A stretch of DNA of 62,624 nt, counting the filler, from Rhabdomonas costata (Eukaryota), in assembly GCA_019059605.1 (NCBI GenBank). It is 43 parts of 43 records of this genome, joined end to end, with 100 filler letters (N's around TTAATTAATTAA, not from the genome) between each part and the next. Parts side by side here need not be neighbours in the genome. Positions count along the whole stretch, not along the records: positions 48,145 to 49,503 come from JAHMHO010018307.1; positions 49,604 to 50,961 come from JAHMHO010018308.1; positions 51,062 to 52,419 come from JAHMHO010018309.1; positions 52,520 to 53,875 come from JAHMHO010018310.1; positions 53,976 to 55,334 come from JAHMHO010018311.1; positions 55,435 to 56,792 come from JAHMHO010018312.1; positions 56,893 to 58,250 come from JAHMHO010018313.1; positions 58,351 to 59,708 come from JAHMHO010018314.1; 35 more parts are not named here. One strand, 5' to 3'. The notes under the pieces are model-generated. The model made no database searches, was not told the DNA's origin, and worked only from the letters and a program-made list of their open reading frames with translations. The translations under genes and the position numbers were made by a program. Below, piece by piece: positions 49,387-62,248 of this stretch; within the stretch, counting starts at the first letter, position 1; each line of letters starts with the position of its first letter.

Positions 49387-49996
49387 GTGAATATGTGCAG
49401 ATGAGAGAGGCGGCAAACATGGCAAACTATGATCCTGTATGAACTCTTAGTGTAATAGGTAGAGGTGAAATCCACGAATGATCCCCCGACTTCCACCGTG
49501 GCGNNNNNNNNNNNNNNNNNNNNNNNNNNNNNNNNNNNNNNNNNNNNTTAATTAATTAANNNNNNNNNNNNNNNNNNNNNNNNNNNNNNNNNNNNNNNNN
49601 NNNAGCGGGCGTCTCTCATTCTCTCTCCGTGGTGCCCCATTCGTGCCATGGAAAATTTATAATTGGGGGTGTTAAATTTTAACAGAACCAAACTTGTTTG
49701 TTTCGGGCTTGGGGTGACGAATGGGATGAATGGGATTTGCTTATGGAGGGGCGGAGCGGGCAGCAAGGTTGGGACGATTCATTGGGTGGGCTATGCTCAG
49801 TTCAGCACTGCTTAACCTCATAAACCACGCCTGGGGCGCGCACATATATACACACTCACTCACCCGTCCCCACCCCACCCCGTTTTCTCTTTCACCATTT
49901 CGAACCTATATTCCGTAACCTTCCTGTGAAGAGACACGTGCTCGCAGCTGTGGCCTATGTCTTGCGATGCATTTCCGACATATGATGTCGTCGCAG

Positions 49997-50901
49997 CTAC
50001 CACCAGTACTTTACGGCCTCCGAGGTGCCTGCCCTGGTGACCTTCCAGGCGCAGTACGTGGCAGTGGTGGAGGAGGCCGTGAAGCAGACCCGTGGCCTGG
50101 TGCACCGCGTCTCTGGGGACAGGGTGCTGGCCAGCTGGAACACCACCACTCGGGTGTGTATTTGTCATTGTGGGTGGGTGCGTAAGTGTATGCGTGGCCC
50201 GCCGTGCCGCGTCCTCTGTGACGCTCAAGAAACGGTTCCTTTGCATTGCTTTTGTCCTTTCTTCTCCTCCCTTCGAAAGTTTGAGTTCGCTCAAAATCAG
50301 CCTCATGCACGCTCCGTCGCTCACAGCATGCAGTGTCGCAACAAAAGCAGGCTGCAGAGAATCTAAAAAGCAGAAAAAACCGAAATCGACTTTAGGGACT
50401 ACGTAGAAGCAACGCATCAACTCCGTTCATCCGCTTCTTTCACTCACTCGCTCACTCACCCAGTCTATCATGCTTTGCTACTCAATCGAAAGAAGAGCAG
50501 TTTTTCACATGGGTTGTAGATGCGGAATTATGGGTGTCTGCAGCTCTCCTTCGGGGGTCGTTCTTGGGTCTACAACAAACTACGTCACCCCCTGCTCGCT
50601 CTAAGATGATCTCAGTCACGTGATGGCAAGGAAATGAATGTCCGGGAGGAGCACTGGAAACACGCATAACTGTGTGGAGGTTCCACTGCGTGAAGGTTTA
50701 ACTTTCCGGAGGTTATGGAAAGGGTATTTCAACATTCACAAGGTTACTTTGGTCAACGGGATTCCGTCGATGCGCCATTTCTCCTATTTCCGATGACTAT
50801 TGCGTCTGGAATAGGTCGCCTCGCACTGCCAGAACGCCTGCAAGGCTGCCTTGCAGATCATGGCCCGGTTCTCGGCCCTGGAGCCTGGCGAGGAGCCACA
50901 G
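49997..50901 (+). CDS. Class III adenylyl/guanylyl cyclase-like domain, exons 49997-50153 and 50815-~50901
   Basis: QAQYVAVVEEAVKQTRGLVHRVSGDRVLASWNTTTR|VASHCQNACKAALQI corresponds to G.V.KF.GD.V.A.F...DHA..A..AAL; GT-AG. Confidence 0.75.
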
Positions 50902-52074
50902 GCGTTGCCCCGAGGGCGCTCGATCAGATCTCTTCGGCCCCCCACTGCAGGCCCAACCACANNNNNNNNNNNNNNNNNNNNNNNNNNNNNNNNNNNNNNN
51001 NNNNNTTAATTAATTAANNNNNNNNNNNNNNNNNNNNNNNNNNNNNNNNNNNNNNNNNNNNGTGGTTGGGGGGCTAGTCCTTTCCTACTCATGCAGAAAG
51101 GACAGGGAAATTGAGAGCAGGAGCGGATTTTTGGATTTTTGGCATGTCCTCCATATTCTGGTGGACTTCAGTCACTTTGTCTGGACAGGGCAACGGGGAT
51201 TTTCGGGTGTCAGCAACATTTTGTGTGCATATAGGATATACCTCGTTAAATCGTTTACACCTTGGCTGTACCGCTTCCAGCCCCAAAATGCACCGGACCC
51301 CAGTTTCGAGCACACCAAATACGGACACACGGACAGAGAGCCTTTTTCGAGGGCACACCCACACCCACAGAGAGACAAAAATGTAACACACCACACATCA
51401 ATCATACATCAGGTTTCATCTGCGGACGTCACACAGTATACACTAGAAAAGGCTCGGAATGGAAAGAGGAAGAGAGAGGGTACAGCAAACGTAGGTGAAC
51501 CTACCGCAACCATGAAGTATCCGACCCCCTCCCCTCCACCATACAGGGCAATGCAAGCGTCTGCTGAGATTTCGACAGAAGACTTCGCAGAAGTTCACAG
51601 GGGTTGAAGATGCACATCCCGAGATTCAATAAAACAGCACAAGAGACTTCAGGTCCATGTGGCAAGTGTCTCCTGGGACAATAATCCTCGACGTTATAAG
51701 GCACCCGGTTGTTATAACCCAAAACCTGAAAACCTACCCTTGGTACTCCATCTCTTCCGTCTTTCCCGTGAACGTGAATCGCTCGGTTCGTCGTCATTCC
51801 CGAATGCATGCACCAAGCAACCTCGCTCCAGTGGCGCCCGGGACTGGCCTCCCCAGCTCACTGTCATTACTGCCAAGGCCAGCAAGAAACTGTTACACTC
51901 CATGGAAATCAGCTGGTGAGAAAGAAGGCTCAAAAAGGAATTGATTAATTTTCGAAAACAGCATCCCACAACCGTTATGCGATTAAGCACCCCCTCCCCC
52001 CAAAAAAAGAATGCCCTGTACTCGAAGTAACGTCCAAGAAATAAAGCCGTAAAGTTCCCAACGACAGAAACAAC

Positions 52075-52353
52075 CTGCTCCAGACTTCCTGGGAAGTACA
52101 TCTTGAACGGGTTCGCGGATATGGCCAGCGTGCTGTCTGTCGCGAATCCCAGGTCCTTCGGAGAAATCACGTAGTTCCGGCATTCCGGCTTCTCCTCAGC
52201 CGTCTCCAAAAGCACCGCCACGGAGGTGGACATGTCAGCACCCTCGGAATTTTCCGAGTCGCTTCCCGACTGTAAGGAGCTTGCACCGCACGACACCGTT
52301 TGGGTGCGAATCGTCTCAGAATACCGCTCCACCTCGATAACTTTGGAGGACAT
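52075..52353 (-). CDS. Hypothetical protein exon
   Basis: 5' part of ORF 51712-52353 with an upstream pyrimidine tract + CAG and a GT donor after FPGSLEQ; no recognised domain. Confidence 0.45.
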
Positions 52354-53975
52354 TTTTGGGGTGCAAATATTCAGGACTGCGCGAGGAGAGGGGGGAGAAT
52401 ACTACGCACAACAACACACNNNNNNNNNNNNNNNNNNNNNNNNNNNNNNNNNNNNNNNNNNNNTTAATTAATTAANNNNNNNNNNNNNNNNNNNNNNNNN
52501 NNNNNNNNNNNNNNNNNNNGAAGGTTACGGCAAGGCGTCAACCCCTTCCCCTCCTCTACCTCACACATAAAAGCCACCCAATTTTGTTCCCTCCTTCCCC
52601 GTCATCTCCCACACCCTCGCCGACAAGCGTACAGTACAACTCCAAATTAAAGCCAAATACGAAGGGCGAAGCGAAGGGCGGCCGATTCCGGCAGCTTTTG
52701 CGCTCAACAGTAAGCCCACTCACGCAAAGCACTCCGAGCGAAGCGGAGGAAGAAAAGCGGTGGTGGTAGTGGTGGGGACGGTGGCAGGGAGGGAGGGGCG
52801 ATCCCTGCAGCACCGCACTCCTTTTCAATGAGTCAAAGAGAGAAAGCAAGAGAGAGAGAGGGAGAGGGAGAAAGAGAGAGGGACGAGGGACACCTTGACG
52901 CACACCTCTGCGAAATTCCATGCCAGCTGCTGATCATAGAGATAAGGACACGGTGGAGGAGTACCAGGTACCTCCTCCACTTTTCCCTTTCCTTTCCTGC
53001 CGTTCCTCCAATAATTGCTGTTGTACCTCTTTGGGATGCAGACAAACACACAACACGAGAGATAGAGAGAGGTTAGGAACGAGAACGTCGGTATGGAATC
53101 TGCCAATTACGTTAGCTGTACGGTGAGTAGTAGCTGCAAGACGGAGTCGTGGTGGCGTGGTAATAGTCTTGCGGTGTGCCCTGCTCGGAGAAGCTCACTG
53201 GCCATCCCGGAAAATCAACCTGCGTACCCCCCACCCCCCAATACATACATACATGCGCACAACACGTTCCCCAGCAGCTGTTACCGGATTTTTCTCCCCG
53301 GACTGCAGTAAGAAGCATTTTCGTCATGAGCTCTGGCAGTGCTTTCAGAGGGGGGGGGGCATCGCCATCGATCGCAAAACGTAGGCAGGCACGGTGATAA
53401 AAACACATCAAAGCGTAAGCAAGCTACACCAAAACCATATATTCAGCGCCTACAATTAAGGGAGTCCAGGGAAGGGCGCAGCCGTACGGTAATCCAAACT
53501 TCGCTTCATTTCATGGGATTCGAGGGGTGCGACGAACATTAAAACGAAGAGACTGACCTGGGCAACCCCGCTCCACACACATAATGGGTCCGATGCAGAT
53601 TTCCGTCCCTGGATTCCGGTGCACATCAAAAATACACGCACACCAAAAACCTGGTACTATGTTCTGTAGCTCTTTTATTCTTGAGCGGTGTGAAATCCGT
53701 CCCAGAAAAAGGAAATCCGTATCTTAATGGCCTCTCCTCATCATAGGCAAATCAGCCACAGCAGGCACACGGTGTGCTCGACTACGTGTGTATTTGCAGA
53801 TGGCAACCCCTACCTGCTCCCCATGTGCCGCCCCACCAGCCTCCAGGCCTTGCAGCATGTGATGGGGTTGCGGACNNNNNNNNNNNNNNNNNNNNNNNNN
53901 NNNNNNNNNNNNNNNNNNNTTAATTAATTAANNNNNNNNNNNNNNNNNNNNNNNNNNNNNNNNNNNNNNNNNNNN

Positions 53976-55334
53976 CGCCCCCCCTGAGATGCAGGTAAAC
54001 GCAACTCGAACCCCCTCGCCAGAGAGGAGTCCTACGTTTGGTAGGGGGGAGGAGCATTTCGTGGTGGAAGAGGATATATGGGGAGAGGTCGAGGATATAG
54101 GCCCCCTTCTCCAGCGAGAAGTGGAAGGCCCCGGATCCCCACCCCGCCAAGACGAGGCAATTCGCCAGAAAGGCCACAGGTTGCAGCGAGCCTGCTGCAG
54201 AAAGGTGATCTGGCTTCACCGTTTGCAAGGTCAGGGCTGGAGGAAGCGAAAGCCCCGGAGCAACCTAACCGGGTATGTTTTTACTGCGGGAGCCCCGCAC
54301 ACGTTTACAGAGATTGTGAACTGGCTAAAACGGAACTGTACGACCGAAGACAAGTGACCGCAGTGGCTGGAGAACCACCAAGGAAAGTGGAGTACCCAAA
54401 ATAGAGGGGGCAGGAAGCCGGGCCTCTCCTGTCCCACCAATTGGGCCCGCCCCAGCTAAAGTTCCCAGCCGCATCCTCAAAAGAGCTTCGGAGGAAAGAA
54501 GTGAAAGCCAACCCGCCCCAGTCAATGGAGGGATGACCACGTCGCAGTTAGCGCTTGCAAAGAGCTCTGGTCTCAGCGTTGGAAAGGCAGAGACGTTGCC
54601 CGCAGTTGTGCAAGCCAGGCTAAAGACATTGGAAAGTGGAGCTAAAGGTCAAGAGGATGAGCCAAAATTGGAGAAAGGATATAGATCGGCTCTGAATGTG
54701 CTCCCTGTTGAAGATAAAGGCATTCGGAGACCGCTCAGTCCATCGGCGGAGGCAGAGTCGGCGCCTCCCCTAGCGAAAACAAATTCCACCAAGGAAGAGA
54801 ACCCTGCGTTGGTTCAGATCAGGCAACGGTTACGGGAAATTTTGTTGCAAAGCACGTCCTCTAAGTTGTCAGAAAGCGCGAAAAAGGTCCGACAACCAGG
54901 CGAAGGTCCTGTGTTGTCCGTGATAACAGAGGGAAAGGATGGCTCTTCCAAAGGTAAGTTCTCGATTGATTCTTGTACCCAAGATAAAGCGTTGCTTTGT
55001 GAATGGAGTGTTGTGACAGAAGAGATTGGATAATGCTTCATTGGAAGAGTGGTTAGAAGAACGGAAGGAGGTAGCCGTCAGCAGCATCCGTCGTGGCAAG
55101 GGAAGTTGCCCGGTACCGCTTTTCGTGCTGCCCTTCCAAAAAGTGGGCAAGGAAGGGGATGGGTTCGTCGGGACTCCCCCCGACCCCCCCATCAGCCGCT
55201 ATTGTTTCTGCCGTTGTGGATTGGGACGATCCAAGTGAGAGCTCTGTTGGAGGTTCAAGGGAGCTAGGACAGATATCGGCCTCGGCTCCACCACCAGCGG
55301 TCAAGAGAGCAATTAAATAGCCAGCCAAACCACA
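53976..55334 (+). mobile_element. Decayed LTR-retrotransposon gag-protease region
   Basis: RG-rich stretch, zinc knuckle CFYCGSPAHVYRDC (54276-54317), and PLLFLPLWIGTIQVRALLE (retropepsin-like entry with the DTG disrupted); several stops and frameshifts; no introns. Confidence 0.7.
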
Positions 55335-58300
55335 NNNNNNNNNNNNNNNNNNNNNNNNNNNNNNNNNNNNNNNNNNNNTTAATTAATTAANNNNNNNNNN
55401 NNNNNNNNNNNNNNNNNNNNNNNNNNNNNNNNNNGGGGTGGGTGTTTCTGGAGCGCTCATGTTTGGGTGGAGCAAATGGCACCTCCGCAGTTGCACAGGT
55501 ACACAAGGGCCTCTTATTGTTTCCGACTGAGCGAGTGTGTCTGTATGTATTGAATCGAAATAGATTGTGTATAGGTGGGTGGGTGCAAGCCTTTGTTGTA
55601 TTCTACTGCGTGATACATGCGTTTCTCAGGGAAGCAGGTAGTGGCTGTTCATGTGGGGTAATACCTGTTTGAGCGTTTATGGTTTCCCTTTTCTGCGCAA
55701 CACCAACAGAATGTGAACGGATTCGAAATGTGCTTTGCCATTTCTGCCGCTCAGTCGTGGCTGAGACTCTCTTTCTCTCGTGTGGATGCTCCCCCGCTCG
55801 TCGGTACAGCTCTGATCGTACTGGCGTGATTCGGGGTTGCACTCCCACACTTCTCCCCCTGGCCCCGATGCCTTCTCTCTCGTGTGTGTTAGTGCCTGGA
55901 GCAAATGCTTGCTTGGAACGAGAAGATAATGCCCTTTCTTTGTGTTAGAGTTGATTCTGGATGTCCCCTCGGCTGGCTTCGCTCAGGGACCTCCACTTCC
56001 ATTTCATAGTTCATTTCCATGGTTATGTATGTGTGTGTTGAGGCACTGTGTTGAGAGTGTGTTTGGGTGGGGTGGATGGGTGGGTGCACGCGCCTGTCGC
56101 TTGCTGTCTATCCACCAGCAATTAATTATTATTTGTCACAATCCCGCGCCCCACTCCCGAAAAAAGGCATTCACCATTGCCCGACTGAAATGAATTGTGT
56201 ACTTTTCCTGTGTCGACCCTTGTCACGAGTGTGACGCCTCTCGGAGGCGTTGAAGCGATGGGGAAAAGGAATGGGCTATGCGCGGTCTCTGACGATTTTC
56301 CCTTCCCCCATCCCCCATCACCCTTCCGGTCCGCTATCCCGCGCGAGGAGTGCTTGAGACGTTTGTTGGGTTGTGTTAGCAGTGTGCATCTTGGATTAGC
56401 AGGAGATGAGAGGGTCGGGGGACTCTCCGGATTCGTGTGATTCAAACCTTGGGATACACTTGGGATAATCACTTCGCTTGCGTTGCAGAGTGTTCAGTGG
56501 TCCCCCAAAAATGTCATTTAGTTAACCCCTGGGGGGCTGAGCAGGGCTAGGGCCCGCTTAGCCAAAACCGAATTCTTACCAAAACTGGAAAAGATTTCAA
56601 GAAATATTGATTGCTCCAGAAATTTTGTGGAAAAGTCTCGTGGGGTTCGGTCCCTAGCTCCAGTGAGTTGGCGCCTAAGTTCGACCCGTTGCCCCCCCCC
56701 CCTCCCACCCTGTGTAGTATATAGTAGTATATAATAGTATATATTAGTTGTTTTTGATAGGTGAGGCCACCACGAAGCGGGAAAAGACGACCNNNNNNNN
56801 NNNNNNNNNNNNNNNNNNNNNNNNNNNNNNNNNNNNTTAATTAATTAANNNNNNNNNNNNNNNNNNNNNNNNNNNNNNNNNNNNNNNNNNNNGAGGAAAA
56901 GATGGCTGAAGGGGAAGGCGCTGCCTCGTTTAAGAGGTTTGGTCGCCGAGGACGTCAGCAGCGGCACTAATGTGTGCGGGCACCAACGTTTGTCAAAAAC
57001 GAATCCAAGGACTCAGACCCCCCTCCCCAGAGTCAAGGGTGGATGTAGCGAGTTCCGGGGGAAAGCGTTTCAACCAATTGAGGATGAGGATGGCACAATT
57101 CTGACAATCACTGAAGTTTGTTGTTCTATGCTGACCACCAACACCAATAGCAAGAAGACGCAAGGCGCAGTACCGAGACAGAAGCCGCACCCCCATCCCG
57201 ACCCGGAGAGGTGGCACGTAGCGGCCCCCCAGGACGCTGCTGCACGGGCTGGTCGTGCAGGCGTCGGAGAAGTTCACCGCCAGGTCGTTAATCTGTGCAC
57301 GTAAATGAGCGTGAGCGTGTGTTTCACAATTTTTCCGTTACGCTGTACTTGAACGATGCCCTGCAACCTTTGACGACACTGCGAGGGAATCTGAAAGAGC
57401 AACAAAAAGGACATGCGCCTGGTGCAAATGGCAAGCAGGCGATTTTTTTGCACGTCTTCCAGACATTAATTTCGGTGTTTTGATCGTTTTGAATGGTAGC
57501 TCTGAGGCGCCAATGAGGGTCTGCCTGTCTTCGAGTGAAAAAATATTATGGCTTCCCGCGAGAATTTGTTTGCTGTTGCAGTGTACCGGGTGTACTTTAT
57601 GCAAAATGTCCCCCCAAAAAAGGACAAGCAGCAATTGAATACGCGTGCATAGCCTTGGAGCTTGAAGTCTGTGTGTATGAAGTGTGCGCTGGCTACCAAC
57701 CCCCTGTCGCATCAAAAACAGCATCATACAAACGGAACACGAAAATTTTGGGAGGGGTTAATCCATTGCGGTGTGAAAAGCAGCAAGCAGTGTTGGCGCC
57801 GAAAATCCAGTCCTGGGTGGAATGCCAGCATTGGTAAACATTACCCCCCCACACACAGAGCTTTTTCTCCTTCCGCAAGAGCCTTCCTAGCAGGACCCAG
57901 GTGCCCCCTGGTTAGGGTGCTCGTCAAACGGCCTTCGTCAATCCGTCAAGCCGATTCACAAGCGCCCAATAAACATTATAACGCTGCTAACCTGATGTAG
58001 ACAATAACCACTGCGGTGCGCAAGTCTTTGGCTTCCTCAGTCACGAGATGAGTACGTATGGAAATCAATGCTTTCTGATATCTTAAAGACCTCCCACTGG
58101 TTACAGTTGGCTGATATAGAGTCTTCCGCTCAGTTTGCACTTCCGATCTGGGCTGCATTTCTGAATTCAGATTTTCTGGTCAACTCCATCAGTGTAAGTA
58201 TTTTAATGCACACGTTCGTATTTCTCTCGCACCTACCGGCATAGTCCACANNNNNNNNNNNNNNNNNNNNNNNNNNNNNNNNNNNNNNNNNNNNTTAATT

Positions 58301-59856
58301 AATTAANNNNNNNNNNNNNNNNNNNNNNNNNNNNNNNNNNNNNNNNNNNNTGTACGACTGCTTCACCCTCCCGTACTGCAACAGTGCACATATAATGCGC
58401 ATAGAACACGAGCGCAAAGACGGGAAGATGACACCTCAGGTTCCGCGCATTTCGCGGGGGCAGCTGACGTCATCTCCGGCTGGGGCAGAAGTGCGAACGA
58501 CGGAGAAACCCGGAAAGCCGTCGAAACCCTCACCAGTGCTCGTCACGCGACTCCTTCGAAATGCGCAATGCTGAAGCCTCCCAAATACAGAACTTCCGTT
58601 TAACTTCCGTTTTTCTACCAAAGTCGTCCCAGACGAACCCAACTCCGAAGCATGGAGCACCGCAGTTGGGCGCTCATTCAGCTGCATGCGCATGCGTGGG
58701 GTTATACTTGCCGAGGCACCCGCCCATACCGCCCCCGTGGCGAAGCAATTGTACATCATGTATCGCAGGGAGTCTTGCGGCGGTATCGTAGCCAAGTTCC
58801 TCATGGACGCGGTGACGGTTTCCTGCGACCAAAAAACGTAACAGAAGTCTCGCAGAGGTAGTTACGGTGAATATCAGGAAGCCAATTCAGATCGCAGCTC
58901 GCTTAAAAAAAAGGCCAGGGAGACAGGTGAAGTGAACCAGGTCCCATCAGTACAAACATCACTGACAGCAACGATGTCCAGAGGTTTGTTCAACTGAGCG
59001 GGCAAGAGCGCGGAAAAACACAGGGATGGGTGCAGGAAGGGACAGGGAGAGGGAGGAAATAAGTAACCAGGACAGCGAACTCCCGGGGTGACAGGTGAGG
59101 CAATGCGTAAGTGTGCAAAAGAGGTGTGCGTGGGTGGGTGTGAGGCATTGAGAGCATATTAGGGGGAAGGGAGAGGAAGGATGAGTGAGCATCGAGCATT
59201 CCGCATCATTGCGAGAGATGGACCTGTTTTTTCCTGGACTCTTTCATCCGAGAGTGGCGTAAGGCTAAAACATACTAGAACCCATCTACAGGCATGCAAC
59301 GGGGTTCCTGCAACCTGTGAATGCGGAGCACCACCTTCACCTGACAGCCATACTAACGATGGCACTCAGCCGACCTACTCCACCCACGTGGTGACCTCAG
59401 CTTGACAGAGTGCCCACAGGGACGCCAAGACAAAACACCGACCCTGCCTCATATAAGATCAAGTCCGATCGGAAGCACTGACGAAGAGAATAGAGACTGC
59501 CCGAAAAGACCACCCAAAAAACGCAGTGACACGTTCTACGGTTCGTGCAGAAAAACTAAGATGTGCTGCGGCCAAAAAGATGAAGGGAGGCTTGTGGCGG
59601 GGTACTTGGAGAAGAGGTAACGTGATACCAGATGCTTGAACGATTTCTCAAACCACCCGGTAACGACCTGGTGGTTCTGCCACAGGTTGCCCAAGGTACA
59701 AAACACAANNNNNNNNNNNNNNNNNNNNNNNNNNNNNNNNNNNNNNNNNNNNTTAATTAATTAANNNNNNNNNNNNNNNNNNNNNNNNNNNNNNNNNNNN
59801 NNNNNNNNTTGTGTTCCCGTGAGCATCACCAGCACAGGCTGCCTTCCAGTAGGCAC

Positions 59857-60802
59857 CAAGCCCACGGCCCACAGGTCCCAGGATCGCCGATAGGCAGACC
59901 TGCAGGCACCACTGAGTCTTCCCCGCAGTGCTAACCCCGCATAGCTCCGTGACCAACCCCGGGGCAAGCCCTCCTCTTAGAAACCCATCTAGCACGGCAT
60001 CTCCAGTGCTGAGGGGTTGAGACACCGGAAGGCTCCCACAAGGCCGAAGCTCACACGAGCCCAGCATCCCGGCACTGACCTCGTGGCCAAGGCGGTGCAG
60101 CTGAGCCTCGGACAGACCCAGCCGAGACCGAAGCACAGCCCGATCGGTACGCAACCTGACCAAGAGCTGACCTGTAGAAGTGATCTGCAAGAGCGGGGAA
60201 CAGACGAACGCAGATGTCCAAGCCTAACCTGGAGGGTGCTGAGTGTTGAGGTAGACAAATGTGAGTTTCTACAGCTCCCGACTTGAGTCGGGGGGCGCGA
60301 GTAGAATGCGATCAGAGGGACGGGCAAGATGGGATGGACCAAAACACCTCGTGTGCACGCTTGAAAAAGACAAAAGAGCAACTACCACAGAAAAATCGCC
60401 AACCCCTATAGATCCTTCGATGAGAAAAAAGAACTGTAGCTGGCCATGAAGAGATGAAGCATCCCGCCTGTGTCTCATGTGAGCGAAACTGAAGACGGTT
60501 TAATAAAAACGTGGGCATAAACCACAATGAAACCAAAGAAAAACACTCCTTTTTCATTCTTCTCTAACGACCATACCAAGTAACGTGCAGCCCAAAAATG
60601 CCCCGATGCACAATCCTCCGGCGCTCACCTGCAGGCTAGCCAGCAATCGCAGCAGCTCTGTGAGCTCGGGGTACGGCTCGGGGTCGTCGCTGGGTGGGTA
60701 TCGCGGTGGTGGAGAGCCACCCAGGATCTCGGCCAAGGAAGGTTCCGCCGTCTGTGGGGCAATGCCAACTGCTGGGCAAGCCCCAGCACTTGCCCCATGC
60801 AT
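59857..60802 (-). CDS. XRCC3: RAD51 paralogue (XRCC3-like), exons 60802-60629 and 60184-59857
   Basis: LSTGDAVLDGFLRGGLAPGLVTELCGVSTAGKTQWCLQVCL..GRGLG with Walker A; GT-AG, phase 0. Paralogue identity is tentative. Confidence 0.72.
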
Positions 60803-61738
60803 TCCAAGGATGCAACACAAAAACAAAAAGGTACAGGTGGGTGGAACCAGTCGCAGGAATGGAACCTGTGAAGAAAGCAAACAGGCGAATGTGGGGATCG
60901 GGAGACATAGGTGGTGGTGAAGGAGCGAAGGAAGGAAGTCAAAAAAGAAACCCACAGCAGAGATCGACAAGACATCCACGTCTAAAACGGGTGGGAACGC
61001 CCTTTGCCCTCCATCCTCCCTGTGAAAATCAACAACCATTGTGACCTCTTTGCCCTGATTCGATGTGGTATTTCTTTGCCACAGTGGCCATCCTTCCTAT
61101 CTCTCCCAAAGACTTCGGTTCCACTCCCACGCCTCCTGATACTTTGTATTTTCTCTTCACAGGTTCNNNNNNNNNNNNNNNNNNNNNNNNNNNNNNNNNN
61201 NNNNNNNNNNTTAATTAATTAANNNNNNNNNNNNNNNNNNNNNNNNNNNNNNNNNNNNNNNNNNNNGTTGGGTTGTACTGTCCTCTTTTGATCTAAAAAT
61301 AGCCATGGCAGAAAAGAAGTCGTAGATATATGGAATTGTGTGCAGTTTTTGATTCTCTCTCTCTCTCTCTCTCGCTGGTAAAAGCTAATTTGACCTCTCC
61401 CTCTCCTATAATAGGAAACCAGCCAGACATCCAGATCTGACGGCTTTTCAAGAACATCGCAATTTTTTCATAAACCACAAGACTACAATAGCCACTGTAA
61501 TGCGGAAAAAAGCACCTGCAACAAAAAGAACGCCAACAAAACGCTGCTGCCGAGTAGAGAAACCACGGGAGCTCAAAAGACCCCACACCCGTTCAAACAG
61601 CAGCCGGATCCACTCCGGAGGAAGCACCGCTGGAACTCGAGAGGCGACTCCGGTTGCGGTTGCAGGGGCGGGGGTGCCAATGCAGTACCCTGGGCCAGGC
61701 AACAGGCTTCCCAGCTCACCCCACAGTGGGGCCACGAG

Positions 61739-62248
61739 GTGGACGTGGAAGGTGTCGAGGGCCTCGTAGGTGAGACTGCCCTCCCTCCTCACGGGAGAAT
61801 GCAGGCAGTGGGGAACGGCCCAGAGCGAGAACTCGGGGCTCAAATGCACTATCTTCTGCATCTGGACCGATACTACAGGACTGTACGACTACAGGACAAG
61901 GTCTACCATATCTATTTATTCGGCGATAACATCTCAGCGATGCAGTACATGCTGGTCTTTGCTTCTGCATTGTTGTTGGCAACTGTAGTTCGGGGGGTCA
62001 CAACTAAGAATGATAACCGGGCAATGGAGTCTCTCGCATACCTTTCTCACGAGTTCCTGGCTATGGACGTCAAAGGCACTCTTCAAAGAACTACGACGAC
62101 GGCGGTTCATGATATTCGATTCATTGTTCAGCGAGGGCCCCACCCCACCCCAACCGCGACTGCGACGGACGCCACGACACTGACGCTGCAACCGAAACAG
62201 CCCAAGGGGCTGAACCGTTCCCTCCTGCCTGCTTTCCCCCCTGAGTGA
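61739..62248 (+). CDS. Hypothetical protein fragment
   Basis: 169-aa ORF with a globular-looking core (YLLHLDRYYRTVRLQDKVYHIYLFGD..); exon limits unresolved. Confidence 0.35.
   Translation: MDVEGVEGLVGETALPPHGRMQAVGNGPERELGAQMHYLLHLDRYYRTVRLQDKVYHIYLFGDNISAMQYMLVFASALLLATVVRGVTTKNDNRAMESLAYLSHEFLAMDVKGTLQRTTTTAVHDIRFIVQRGPHPTPTATATDATTLTLQPKQPKGLNRSLLPAFPPE

Noticed and set aside
1404-61222. ORFs ending in XXXX..LIN/N and most other short ORFs in the track
   Set aside because: They read through N runs or are shadow frames of GC-rich exons and introns; real genes require splicing.
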